Positions 17,506 to 25,685 of a DNA stretch of 64,000 nucleotides are shown here, piece after piece (positions within the stretch are counted from its first letter, which is position 1; each line of letters starts with the position of its first letter). The notes under the pieces were generated by a model. It did not search any database. It had not been told where the DNA came from and saw only the letters and a list, made by a program, of their open reading frames with translations. Location of the stretch: the IMG/VR virus record IMGVR_UViG_3300021560_000017. One strand, given 5' to 3'. Position numbers and translations under genes: made by a program. Source of the DNA: an uncultured virus (IMG/VR IMGVR_UViG_3300021560_000017). Taxonomy: Duplodnaviria; Heunggongvirae; Uroviricota; Caudoviricetes.

Positions 17506-19377
17506 GTGGCCATTTCCGCCGACGCGCTGTTACGCCTGATCAGGCAGTCCTCGCTGCAGCAGCAGCCCGCGTTTCAAACCCTCGACAAGCTCAAACAGGA
17601 TCACACTAACACGCCCAAAGGTGAGGATATCTCGATCCCTCCGCGTTACAGGGGCGGAGGAACTGTCAGGGTTCCGTATTCGTTTCTGAGGCGGCCAGCG
17701 ATCCATGCGGAAGAGGGCTACATCTCGGAGAAAGGCGATTCGTCAGATTTTGGTTACGACAGTGCCGAGATTGAGCCGCCTGATATCACTGGCGGCGACT
17801 ACAATCCACCCGAAGGCAACGTTGGGCCTAACGAGTTAGCGAATCCGCCAGAGCACCCAAACTTCCCTGAAGGCGGAGGAGGCCCACCTGAAGGAGGAGG
17901 CGGCCCACCAGAGGGAGGCGGCACGGGCCCGCCCAGCGGTGGTGGGAGCGGCGGTGGTGGCGGTGGCGGTGATGGGGGCGGCGGTGGTGGCGGTGGCGGT
18001 TTCCCGCACGGCCGTGAGCCGGGCATCGGCCCGCCTCCCAGAGGTTTTCATCAGTTTCCACTTGGCGGCACAGCTGGCCCGCATCACATGGGCGGCCCGC
18101 ACTTAGGCGGCCCGCGCATCGCTCCGCGCGTTGGCCCAGACGTTCCGCGCATTCCTCTCCGTATCGGCCCAGCCATGCAAGGCGGCGGCGTAACGGGAAG
18201 CGATCAGATTCAGGCGTACCTTCAGAATCTGTTTTCGCCACAGGCAAGCGCAGAGGGACACCAACCCGCTCGCGGTGCAATGACTGGCCGTCAGGCGATG
18301 GCCCCAGACGCGACTTTCCAATACGGCGGCATGAGTCAGCGCCAGCGACAGATGGCGTACCAGCGTTTGATGGACGAGCTGCAGCCGCAAGGGTATCAGG
18401 AAGGCGGCACGACAGAGAGCGAGGTGCGTGAGCACGGCGCTCAGGTTGTCCCGCGCCAGAGCGCCCAGAATGTGGCACTGGTTGGAATGCGGCCGCAGGC
18501 ACCGCGAGTGCCTGAGTATCTACGCAATTGGGACATGCGCCCCGCCGTGAACGCGCCACTCGATTACTCGCACGTTGCGCAGTTTTACGGCGGCCAGAAT
18601 TTGCCGCAGATGAACATGCTAACTGATCGAATCATGTCGGTGCCTTCGCGTGATCGATACGGCGAGCCGATACCGCCGCAGTGGGCTGAGCCCACACCGA
18701 TCCCTTACGATCAATCGATCCCGATCACTCAGAATGATCTGAATCAAGCTATCAGCTTTGAAGGAGGCGGCGTCACTGATGAAGTGCCCACGCTTCCGCC
18801 GCAAATGATTTACGCGCCTGAGCAGCGGCCGAGGCCGACACCGATCCCGTTCCCGACGCCAGATCCAACCCACTGGTTGCACCAGTGGAAACGCGATAAC
18901 CAGATGGGAGCGTTCGATCTTGGCTTTCAGGGAGGCGGCGTCACGTACCCGGGCATCATGCTCGATCAGGCTGGCCTTCCCACGCTCAGCGGATCTCAGG
19001 CACCGCAGCAGCAGGCGTCCAACGTCGCAGGCGAACCGAGTAAGAAGAGACAGGCACCGCAGCAACCGCAGCAGCAAGGGCCGAAGCATTACGAGTTTGG
19101 GCCAGCTGACTTCTTCTATAGTGCGCCGCTCATGCGCAGGGTGATGGAACAGCAAGCCGCGCAGGCTATGCAGGAGAAGGCGCAACAACCCAATGTCGCG
19201 GCAAAGGACGGCGGCGTGATCCCGAAAGAATTCATGCGATGGCTGGCAGGCGGCGGCGTCATCGACAAATTCACGCCTGATCATCATCTCATGTTCGCGC
19301 TCGGCCAGAAATACGCGCTGAGCCCGAAGCAGACAGCGAAACGGTTGAAGGACAGCGCAAACCTGATGCCGCCATGA
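17506..19377 (+). CDS. low-complexity Gly/Pro/Gln protein with about eight xxGGx[VIT] motifs (putative internal virion protein)
   Basis: 623-aa ORF; YRGGGTV, MQGGGVT, FQYGGM, YQEGGTT, FEGGGVT, FQGGGVT, AKDGGVI, LAGGGVI. Confidence 0.65.
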   Translation: MAISADALLRLIRQSSLQQQPAFQTLDKLKQDHTNTPKGEDISIPPRYRGGGTVRVPYSFLRRPAIHAEEGYISEKGDSSDFGYDSAEIEPPDITGGDYNPPEGNVGPNELANPPEHPNFPEGGGGPPEGGGGPPEGGGTGPPSGGGSGGGGGGGDGGGGGGGGGFPHGREPGIGPPPRGFHQFPLGGTAGPHHMGGPHLGGPRIAPRVGPDVPRIPLRIGPAMQGGGVTGSDQIQAYLQNLFSPQASAEGHQPARGAMTGRQAMAPDATFQYGGMSQRQRQMAYQRLMDELQPQGYQEGGTTESEVREHGAQVVPRQSAQNVALVGMRPQAPRVPEYLRNWDMRPAVNAPLDYSHVAQFYGGQNLPQMNMLTDRIMSVPSRDRYGEPIPPQWAEPTPIPYDQSIPITQNDLNQAISFEGGGVTDEVPTLPPQMIYAPEQRPRPTPIPFPTPDPTHWLHQWKRDNQMGAFDLGFQGGGVTYPGIMLDQAGLPTLSGSQAPQQQASNVAGEPSKKRQAPQQPQQQGPKHYEFGPADFFYSAPLMRRVMEQQAAQAMQEKAQQPNVAAKDGGVIPKEFMRWLAGGGVIDKFTPDHHLMFALGQKYALSPKQTAKRLKDSANLMPP

Positions 19378-19832
19378 GCCTGCCGCAATTCCCGCACGCC
19401 AGCGAGGAGTTCAAGCGGAAGAACAGGCAGCTGTTCACCACCATCGACGAGGGAAAAGGTGTCTTCGCCAAGGGCACGCTCGGTCAGGTACTGCTGGAGC
19501 CCGAAGATCCGCCGCCGACCAGAGCGGAACTCAGAAACGAAAAGGAGTTACAGGATCAGATCGCGGGCTTCCTTAATAGGCATAACGTGGTCGTCATCAG
19601 ATCCAGAATGGACAGGGAGACCTCAAACAATGTAGGAACGCCAGATCTGATCTTTGCTATTAAGGGGATCGCGGTGGGCATGGAATGCAAGATGCCAACG
19701 AAGAAGCTCACAAAGGCGCAGGCCGACATGATGCGGCAGATGACCGCGAACGGCTGGCGCTGCTTCACCGTTTTCGGCTACGACGAGGCCGTCCAGATCA
19801 TCAATAAAATATTTCTGGAATCTTTGGCTTGA
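19374..19832 (+). CDS. VRR-NUC / PD-(D/E)XK endonuclease
   Basis: EKELQDQI...GTPDL...MECK...LTKAQ. Confidence 0.8.
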   Translation: MSLPQFPHASEEFKRKNRQLFTTIDEGKGVFAKGTLGQVLLEPEDPPPTRAELRNEKELQDQIAGFLNRHNVVVIRSRMDRETSNNVGTPDLIFAIKGIAVGMECKMPTKKLTKAQADMMRQMTANGWRCFTVFGYDEAVQIINKIFLESLA

Positions 19833-19863
19833 CATCCCGTATACGTCTACGCGAAACGTATAC
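19829..19863 (+). promoter_or_regulatory. promoter (-35 TTGACA) with inverted-repeat operator
   Basis: GTATACGT (19839-46) and ACGTATAC (19856-63) just before the ATG. Confidence 0.55.
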
Positions 19864-19865
19864 AA

Positions 19866-20108
19866 ATGGGACGAAGACCTGAAGGAATAGCCCACACTCC
19901 CAGATCCACCATCGAGGTCTCACCCATTGTGCGAAAGGCGATCAAAGTAATCGCCAAAAAGCGCAAGGTGCGAATTAAGGTGGCGTCTGATTTACTCCTG
20001 CGCTTTGCGATCCCTTACGAGGACACCGTCTTCAAAAACGACTCCAGCGGGGGCAAATCCACACTGGAGTCCAACAATCCAAACACCACGAGAAAAACTA
20101 CCAAATGA
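19866..20108 (+). CDS. small DNA-binding protein (ribbon-helix-helix-like)
   Basis: STIEVSPIVRKAIKVIAKKRKVRIKVASDLLLRFAI fits a beta-alpha-alpha pattern. Confidence 0.5.
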   Translation: MGRRPEGIAHTPRSTIEVSPIVRKAIKVIAKKRKVRIKVASDLLLRFAIPYEDTVFKNDSSGGKSTLESNNPNTTRKTTK

Positions 20109-21091
20109 ACACCGAACGTGCAATAACCGTCCGCGACGAGAACCGATTTGAATTCTCACCAGCTTTGCAGCAGCTGGCCGAAAACATCGCGAAATCCACC
20201 ATCATCCCCAGAGAATTCCAAGGCAACCCAGCCAACTGCCTGATCGCACTTGAACTGGCGCACCGAATCAGCGCCGGGATTCTGGCGACCATGCAATCGA
20301 TGTATATTGTGCACGGCAAACCCAGCTGGAGCGGCCAGTTCATTATCGGGTGCGTCAACAACACGAGGCGGTTCAGTCCGCTGCGCTTCCATTTCAACGA
20401 GGCCAAAGACGAGTGCTACGCGTTCGCACAGGACTCTGAAGGCAATGAACTGATCGGGCCCACAGCCTCAGTCGCGATGGCGAAAGCCGAAGGCTGGTAT
20501 CAGAACAACAAGAAGTGGCAGACCATGACCCAGCTCATGCTGATGTATCGCAGCGGCACGTTCTTCGGCCGTGTGTTCTGCCCTGACGTCCTGCTCGGAA
20601 TGCGCGAGCAATACGAAGTGATCGAGGCCGAAGCCGTCGAGATCAAGCAACCACAGATCGAGACGCACACCAAAGATATGGTTGCGGATGCTGGCGTCGG
20701 GGCTTCTCAAGCTGAAACCGAAACTGCCCCTGCGGCGGCCCAACAAACGCCCCCACCCGACGCCGCTCCGCAATCTCCTCCTCCGAAGAAGACAGTGAAA
20801 AAAAAACTTCAGGTCAAACCAGAAGCCCCGCCGCCGAAAACCGAAGCCCCTTTGATTGAGACCAAAGTCGGGCCTAACAGGTTGTTACTCCAGCAACGGC
20901 TGTCTGTCGGCGGCTACAATGAGATCCAGTTTCTGGAGCTGGCCAATTATCAGGGCTGGCTGGGTAGGAACAAGACGTGGGCAACGATGGATCAGGTGCC
21001 AGACGAGATGTTCGAGGTGTTCCTGCAGCCAGAGGAATGGCCGACGGTTCAGAAGCAGCTGGAAGCAATGCCGCGACACACCAAGGATTAA
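20105..21091 (+). CDS. RecT/Red-beta-like single-strand annealing protein
   Basis: IPREFQGNPANCLIALE...MQSMYIVHGKPSW...MLMYRS...PDVLLGM. Confidence 0.8.
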   Translation: MNTERAITVRDENRFEFSPALQQLAENIAKSTIIPREFQGNPANCLIALELAHRISAGILATMQSMYIVHGKPSWSGQFIIGCVNNTRRFSPLRFHFNEAKDECYAFAQDSEGNELIGPTASVAMAKAEGWYQNNKKWQTMTQLMLMYRSGTFFGRVFCPDVLLGMREQYEVIEAEAVEIKQPQIETHTKDMVADAGVGASQAETETAPAAAQQTPPPDAAPQSPPPKKTVKKKLQVKPEAPPPKTEAPLIETKVGPNRLLLQQRLSVGGYNEIQFLELANYQGWLGRNKTWATMDQVPDEMFEVFLQPEEWPTVQKQLEAMPRHTKD

Positions 21092-21092
21092 A

Positions 21093-21335
21093 ATGGAACA
21101 CTGTCGCAGCTGTGGTGCGGACGTGATCTGGGTGGTCACGACCAACGGCAAACGCATGCCCGTGGACGCCAAGCCGTCGGACATTGGCAACCTGACATTA
21201 CACCCAGTGGAAGACGAAGGCCCGCCCGTAGCCATGTATCACACAACGCGCCTTTCAGGCACATCGTATTACATCAGCCACTTCGCTACCTGCCCGCAGT
21301 CGAAGAGGTGGAAGAAGAAACATGGCGCTGCTTAA
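21093..21335 (+). CDS. zinc-ribbon phage protein
   Basis: CRSCGADVIW...GKRMPVD...SHFATCP. Confidence 0.75.
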   Translation: MEHCRSCGADVIWVVTTNGKRMPVDAKPSDIGNLTLHPVEDEGPPVAMYHTTRLSGTSYYISHFATCPQSKRWKKKHGAA

Positions 21336-21765
21336 TTACACAACCAGCGTCAGCTGCACGCGCACAGTGGCGGAGATCCAAGCCAAGCTGGCAAAGGCTG
21401 GCGCGCATCAGATCCTGCAGGAATTCGCCGACGGCGTTGTGACGGCGCTCTCGTTCAAGATCAACACGCGCTGGGGCGAGATGGCATTCAGGCTGCCTGC
21501 CAACATCCAAGCTGTGCGCGAGGTGTTGCAGCGGCAGTTCCCGCGCAGCCGCAGCGCGTGGCAGGGAACGAAGTCGGCCGACGTCGGCTGGCGGATCTTG
21601 AAAGACTGGATCGAAGCGCAGCTGGCGCTGATCGAGACTGGCATGGTGACAGTGGAACAGGTGTTCCTACCTTACCTGCAGGATAACAAAGGTGTTACCG
21701 TTTATGAGGCGCTGGAGCTGAAACGATTTAACGGACTAACACTGGAGGATAAGAAGAATGCCTAA
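21322..21765 (+). CDS. conserved phage hypothetical protein
   Basis: LLNYTT...EIQAKL...WRILKDWIEAQLALI...QVFLPY family pattern. Confidence 0.75.
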   Translation: MALLNYTTSVSCTRTVAEIQAKLAKAGAHQILQEFADGVVTALSFKINTRWGEMAFRLPANIQAVREVLQRQFPRSRSAWQGTKSADVGWRILKDWIEAQLALIETGMVTVEQVFLPYLQDNKGVTVYEALELKRFNGLTLEDKKNA

Positions 21766-22030
21766 ACACAACCACACGTTCATACCTGAGTTTCGATGCC
21801 TGAAATGCAACTACAGAATGGATTGCACAACCGAGGCTTACGGTAACTCAGTGCCAAAGGCTGGCGATATTTCAATGTGCATGATGTGCGGACATCTGAT
21901 GATCTTCAAAGAGGACTTGACCGTGCGCGACCTGACTCACGAGGAAAACGAACAAGCTAAGTCTGATCCCAACGTCATTTATGCCGACATCGTGCGCGCT
22001 GGTGTCGTAGCCAATAAACCAAAGCGATGA
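21758..22030 (+). CDS. Cys-rich hypothetical protein
   Basis: CLKC...PKAGDISMCMMCG. Confidence 0.65.
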   Translation: MPKHNHTFIPEFRCLKCNYRMDCTTEAYGNSVPKAGDISMCMMCGHLMIFKEDLTVRDLTHEENEQAKSDPNVIYADIVRAGVVANKPKR

Positions 22031-22251
22031 GCGCCGAAGACGTCAGGGTAAAACTGCAGGGGCTCGCGAAGCACATCGAGAGTGTAGTCGGGAAAAGTCC
22101 TGAGACGCACTTTGCGCTGCTGGTGTTCACGCCCGACAAGAGCGGCCAGACTAAATGCGAGTACGTGAGTAACGGGAACCGAGAAGACATCTGGCGCTCA
22201 GTCGGCGAATGGCTGATGCATACCAACCCCAAGCCGTACGGAGACTCGTGA
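22027..22251 (+). CDS. hypothetical protein
   Basis: FALLVF...YVSNGNRED motif; coupled. Confidence 0.65.
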   Translation: MSAEDVRVKLQGLAKHIESVVGKSPETHFALLVFTPDKSGQTKCEYVSNGNREDIWRSVGEWLMHTNPKPYGDS

Positions 22252-22439
22252 GATTCATGCTTCGCTACACTGGAATCTGCCTGTGCTTTACGACGTTGTT
22301 TATGGTCGGCAGCGTCTGGTGGGCGCTCGTGCGCTACAATGATTGGCAATGGCCGTGGATGGTGTGGCTCATTGCCGCGCAGATTACAATTGATCGGATC
22401 GGTCACCAACTGGGTTTTTATGAAACTGTCAAACATTGA
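22248..22439 (+). CDS. small membrane protein
   Basis: hydrophobic segments; GTGA coupling. Confidence 0.4.
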   Translation: MRFMLRYTGICLCFTTLFMVGSVWWALVRYNDWQWPWMVWLIAAQITIDRIGHQLGFYETVKH

Positions 22440-22983
22440 GCGAAAGCTGATCATGCTGGCGCTGGATAAAGGCGCTGAAGCTGGCGAAGTAGCTACGGCC
22501 GCGCTCAAGGTGATCGAATCATTCCGCAAACGCTACGAGTCAGGCGTCGCGCTGATCAAGGACATGGAAGGCGACGGCGCGCTCAGTGACGTGGCAGACA
22601 TCTTGAGGAAAGCTACACAGCCGCAACCAGAGCCGTATCCGTTCATGGGAGCATCACGCACACGGCCCTTTGGACAGACACCGCCCAACCCGTATCAGCC
22701 GCGCCCGTGGCCCAGTGACAACTGGCAGGACATCATGCAGGAGGCGCAGCGGCGCGCGCGCGAACGCATGGGCAGAGCGCAGCAATCCTACGAGGATTAC
22801 ATGGCTGGCATGCGCCAGCAGTATCAGCAACAGGCGCAGTATCAGGCCAACGCGTTCCAGCAGGCAGAATGGGCGCGCCAGCAGCAGGCCACCCAGCCGC
22901 CACCGCAGGAGCCCAACGTCGTCCCGACACCACCAAAACCGAAGAAGGGATGGTTTCGGCAGATCATTGAGGATCTGACATGA
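22420..22983 (+). CDS. hypothetical protein (Gln-rich C-terminal half)
   Basis: ORF coupled to the exonuclease gene. Confidence 0.6.
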   Translation: MKLSNIERKLIMLALDKGAEAGEVATAALKVIESFRKRYESGVALIKDMEGDGALSDVADILRKATQPQPEPYPFMGASRTRPFGQTPPNPYQPRPWPSDNWQDIMQEAQRRARERMGRAQQSYEDYMAGMRQQYQQQAQYQANAFQQAEWARQQQATQPPPQEPNVVPTPPKPKKGWFRQIIEDLT

Positions 22984-24077
22984 GAGCATCGGACGCTTAC
23001 GCACTGTCCTTGTGCCCGGGCAAGGCGCGCATGGAACGCGGCCTGAAGGACATCGACACGGCCGAGTCACGCCAAGGCACGCGGCTGGCTGGCTACCGCG
23101 CGCACCCAGAATGGGAACGCAAACTCCTTGTGCCAGAAGAACAGGATCTCCTCCGCATCGCGGAATATCTGGAGAAGCGCGCTCTGGGGATCATTAACCT
23201 GAAAGGTGGATATATCGAGAAGCGTGAAGTGGCTACCGAATGGGGTGACGGTCTTGTTACTGGGCACCCAGATCTGATACATATTTACCCTGAGTTAGAC
23301 GCAAGTATAATTATCGACGACAAGTTTGGCTGGCTCCCAGTGCAGCCTGCCGACGTCAACCTGCAGCTACGCTGCTACGCCATTATGGCCCCGACGTCCG
23401 AGGTTTACGTGGCGATCTCACAGCCGCGCCTGCCCGTCGCCGATAGGCTTACGCTGGCTCTTTACCGTGAGACCGATGGCACCAAGGGTAAAGCCAAGGC
23501 GCAAATCGTGGACATCCTCCGCGCCAGCGAAGATCCTGAAGCGCCGCTGCATGCAGGCGAAGAGCAATGCCGATTCTGCAAGGCGCGCGCGATCTGCCCA
23601 GCGTTGCGCGAAGCTGTTACCAACGAACTGGTGCCGTTTCAAGACGACGTGGCTCCGGAGTTTTCAAAGCGAGCCATGCTCGCACGAGTGGAAGCGCGCC
23701 TCGCGCAGGCGAGCGATACCCAAATGGGCGCATTATTGCGAGCTTGTGCGCTGGCGCGTCTCGTGAGTGATCCGCTGGGCGACGAGATCCGCAAACGCAT
23801 TCGCGCTGGCGGGATGAAAGGTTACTCGCTGGCCAAGGAGTTCGATGTGCGGGAGATCGCCGATGCGCGCGGCGCGATCTCTCTACTGGTATTGAGCCGC
23901 CTGTTTACACGGCAGGAGATCCTCGATCTGTGCGATCTGTCCTTCAGGAAAATCGAGCTGGCAGTCAGAGAGAAACACAAGCTCAGCGCCAAGGAAGCGA
24001 AGGAAGAGATCAACAAGGTGCTCGCCAGCGTTACCGAAAAGGAGACACGGAGACCGAGAATTTTACCACCCAGATAG
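22980..24077 (+). CDS. Cas4-like / DUF2800 PD-(D/E)XK exonuclease
   Basis: LCPG...GHPD...IIDDKFG...NLQLRCY...QCRFCKARAICP; partner of the annealase. Confidence 0.8.
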   Translation: MRASDAYALSLCPGKARMERGLKDIDTAESRQGTRLAGYRAHPEWERKLLVPEEQDLLRIAEYLEKRALGIINLKGGYIEKREVATEWGDGLVTGHPDLIHIYPELDASIIIDDKFGWLPVQPADVNLQLRCYAIMAPTSEVYVAISQPRLPVADRLTLALYRETDGTKGKAKAQIVDILRASEDPEAPLHAGEEQCRFCKARAICPALREAVTNELVPFQDDVAPEFSKRAMLARVEARLAQASDTQMGALLRACALARLVSDPLGDEIRKRIRAGGMKGYSLAKEFDVREIADARGAISLLVLSRLFTRQEILDLCDLSFRKIELAVREKHKLSAKEAKEEINKVLASVTEKETRRPRILPPR

Positions 24078-24154
24078 ACAGCATTTGTGCAATGGTCTGG
24101 GGAATCAAAGATGAGTATTTCGAGAAAGTATATCCACACCAACAAAGGAGAAAA

Positions 24155-24469
24155 ATGAGCAGAGGTTATGAAGGCCCGACAGAAGGCGGCTTAGCCACCG
24201 CACCCCAAAGAGAACCAGAGATACTCAACGCCCGCAACTCGTTATCCCACGAGGTAGACGAGTTACACGAATGTTTGCATGTGTTATTCGGCCGAATCGC
24301 GCCTGCGCTCGCACAGCCAGAGCGTCCCCCGAATGTACCCACCGACGGGAAAGCACCGCCAACAAAAATCTACCAGTCGCAGCTGGCTACGCAGTTTGTC
24401 CCGATGATGGACAAGTTGCGTCTGATGATCTCTGAGGTTCAGCGCGTCTGCGACGCCGTCGAAATATGA
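24155..24469 (+). CDS. hypothetical coiled-coil protein
   Basis: SD AAGGAG. Confidence 0.6.
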   Translation: MSRGYEGPTEGGLATAPQREPEILNARNSLSHEVDELHECLHVLFGRIAPALAQPERPPNVPTDGKAPPTKIYQSQLATQFVPMMDKLRLMISEVQRVCDAVEI

Positions 24470-24831
24470 ACGCGATCAAACAACACATCCCAGATTTCTG
24501 CGAGGGCTTCGAAAAAGCGCTCGTCGAGTTTAATACGCTGGAGGAACTGCTGGCTATCGACTTCGTGAAGAAGTTTTCCACCTTCCCGAAATTCCACCAG
24601 TTCAGCATGAACGACGGCCACATGATCGCCGAGTATCGCGGCGGCCGCGAGTGGTGGGTAGTTGGCAGGATCAGGGAGCCCGTGGAGGGTCTACCTGCGT
24701 GGAATCACGGGATCTACGAGATCTGGGATAAGAACGAGCCGAAGGAGGTCTCAGGCAGGGACGTCGCGTGGTCGTGCGGCGACAGCATCAAGCTGCGTGA
24801 CGGCACCGTAGTTAGACGGAGGAATCCATGA
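24466..24831 (+). CDS. hypothetical protein
   Basis: coupled ORF; WWVVG motif. Confidence 0.6.
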   Translation: MNAIKQHIPDFCEGFEKALVEFNTLEELLAIDFVKKFSTFPKFHQFSMNDGHMIAEYRGGREWWVVGRIREPVEGLPAWNHGIYEIWDKNEPKEVSGRDVAWSCGDSIKLRDGTVVRRRNP

Positions 24832-25067
24832 GCCACGAGACACCTGAGCATTCTGGTTACAGGGACACTGTGAGCGGCCCAGCTCCTGCGCAGAAAAATG
24901 GAGAGGCGTCGCCGTCCGTTCCAAAACAAGTCATTCGCAACTCTTTCACCACACAGGAGGAGCGCCGCAAGATTCGTGCGGTTGTCGAACAAATCGTGCG
25001 CGAGGCTTACGTCAAAGGCTACGAGGATTCCCACCGCGCATGGATGAAAGGATTGCAAGTAACATGA
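24828..25067 (+). CDS. hypothetical protein
   Basis: SD GGAGG; coupled. Confidence 0.5.
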   Translation: MSHETPEHSGYRDTVSGPAPAQKNGEASPSVPKQVIRNSFTTQEERRKIRAVVEQIVREAYVKGYEDSHRAWMKGLQVT

Positions 25068-25267
25068 CCGACACCCAGTTATTCGAGTTCATTGAAAGCA
25101 AGGGCGTCCAGATCTGGCCCCAGCGCAAGAGCAAGCACGGCCCGATCATGTGCTGGTGGGTGCAAAACCCGTCCCCTTTCTTCCAGACGTCGTCGCCGTC
25201 GCTACGCGTGGCGCTGCAGAATCTAAAAAAGGTCGCCGATGAAGTGGATTCCAAGCAGTCAGATTGA
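25064..25267 (+). CDS. hypothetical protein
   Basis: ATGA coupling. Confidence 0.45.
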   Translation: MTDTQLFEFIESKGVQIWPQRKSKHGPIMCWWVQNPSPFFQTSSPSLRVALQNLKKVADEVDSKQSD

Positions 25268-25514
25268 GCCCAGTGCGATTAGAGGCGTTGTAAGCGGTCG
25301 CTTCGGCGGATCTGTCATGTTCGTCTATTACTCGCGAGCGCTGCGCCACTGGGAATGGGTTTACGCTGGCGGCGCGGAACGGATCGAGGAACCGCCAGAA
25401 TTGTTTCTCGATCCTGACTGGGCGGCCGCGCATCCGCGCACTTCTCCAGTCGTTAGGCCAGAGAGAAAAACGATCCGTCGCAAGAAATCTGCACAATTGT
25501 TGCTTGAACTCTGA
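25239..25514 (+). CDS. hypothetical protein
   Basis: ORF in the operon. Confidence 0.45.
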   Translation: MKWIPSSQIEPSAIRGVVSGRFGGSVMFVYYSRALRHWEWVYAGGAERIEEPPELFLDPDWAAAHPRTSPVVRPERKTIRRKKSAQLLLEL

Positions 25515-25568
25515 ACACAACCAGCGCATTCTTTTCTTTCGTTTATGTCGCGAGGCCACGATGCAATT

Positions 25569-25679
25569 TTACCTCCAACCTTCAGTTCGATGGTCGAGTA
25601 CGCCGCAGCAGGGACACAGCCTTTCTGCGGACGGCCTCGCAACCGTCACTCGACTATCGAACTGAGCGCTGGCGGGTAA
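25569..25679 (+). ncRNA. putative structured RNA/ssDNA element (18-bp stem closing a three-way junction)
   Basis: TCAGTTCGATGGTCGAGT (25582-99) pairs with ACTCGACTATCGAACTGA (25648-65), one G-U; inner hairpins CCGCAG/CTGCGG and GACGG/CCGTC. Confidence 0.55.
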
Positions 25680-25685
25680 TGCGCC

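Noticed and set aside
17870..18000. G-quadruplex-like G-rich tract
   Set aside because: Explained by poly-Gly codons; mostly GG runs, no independent support.
22980..24077. Cas4-like protein as evidence of CRISPR-Cas
   Set aside because: No repeat-spacer array or other cas genes; normal exonuclease partner of the RecT-like annealase.
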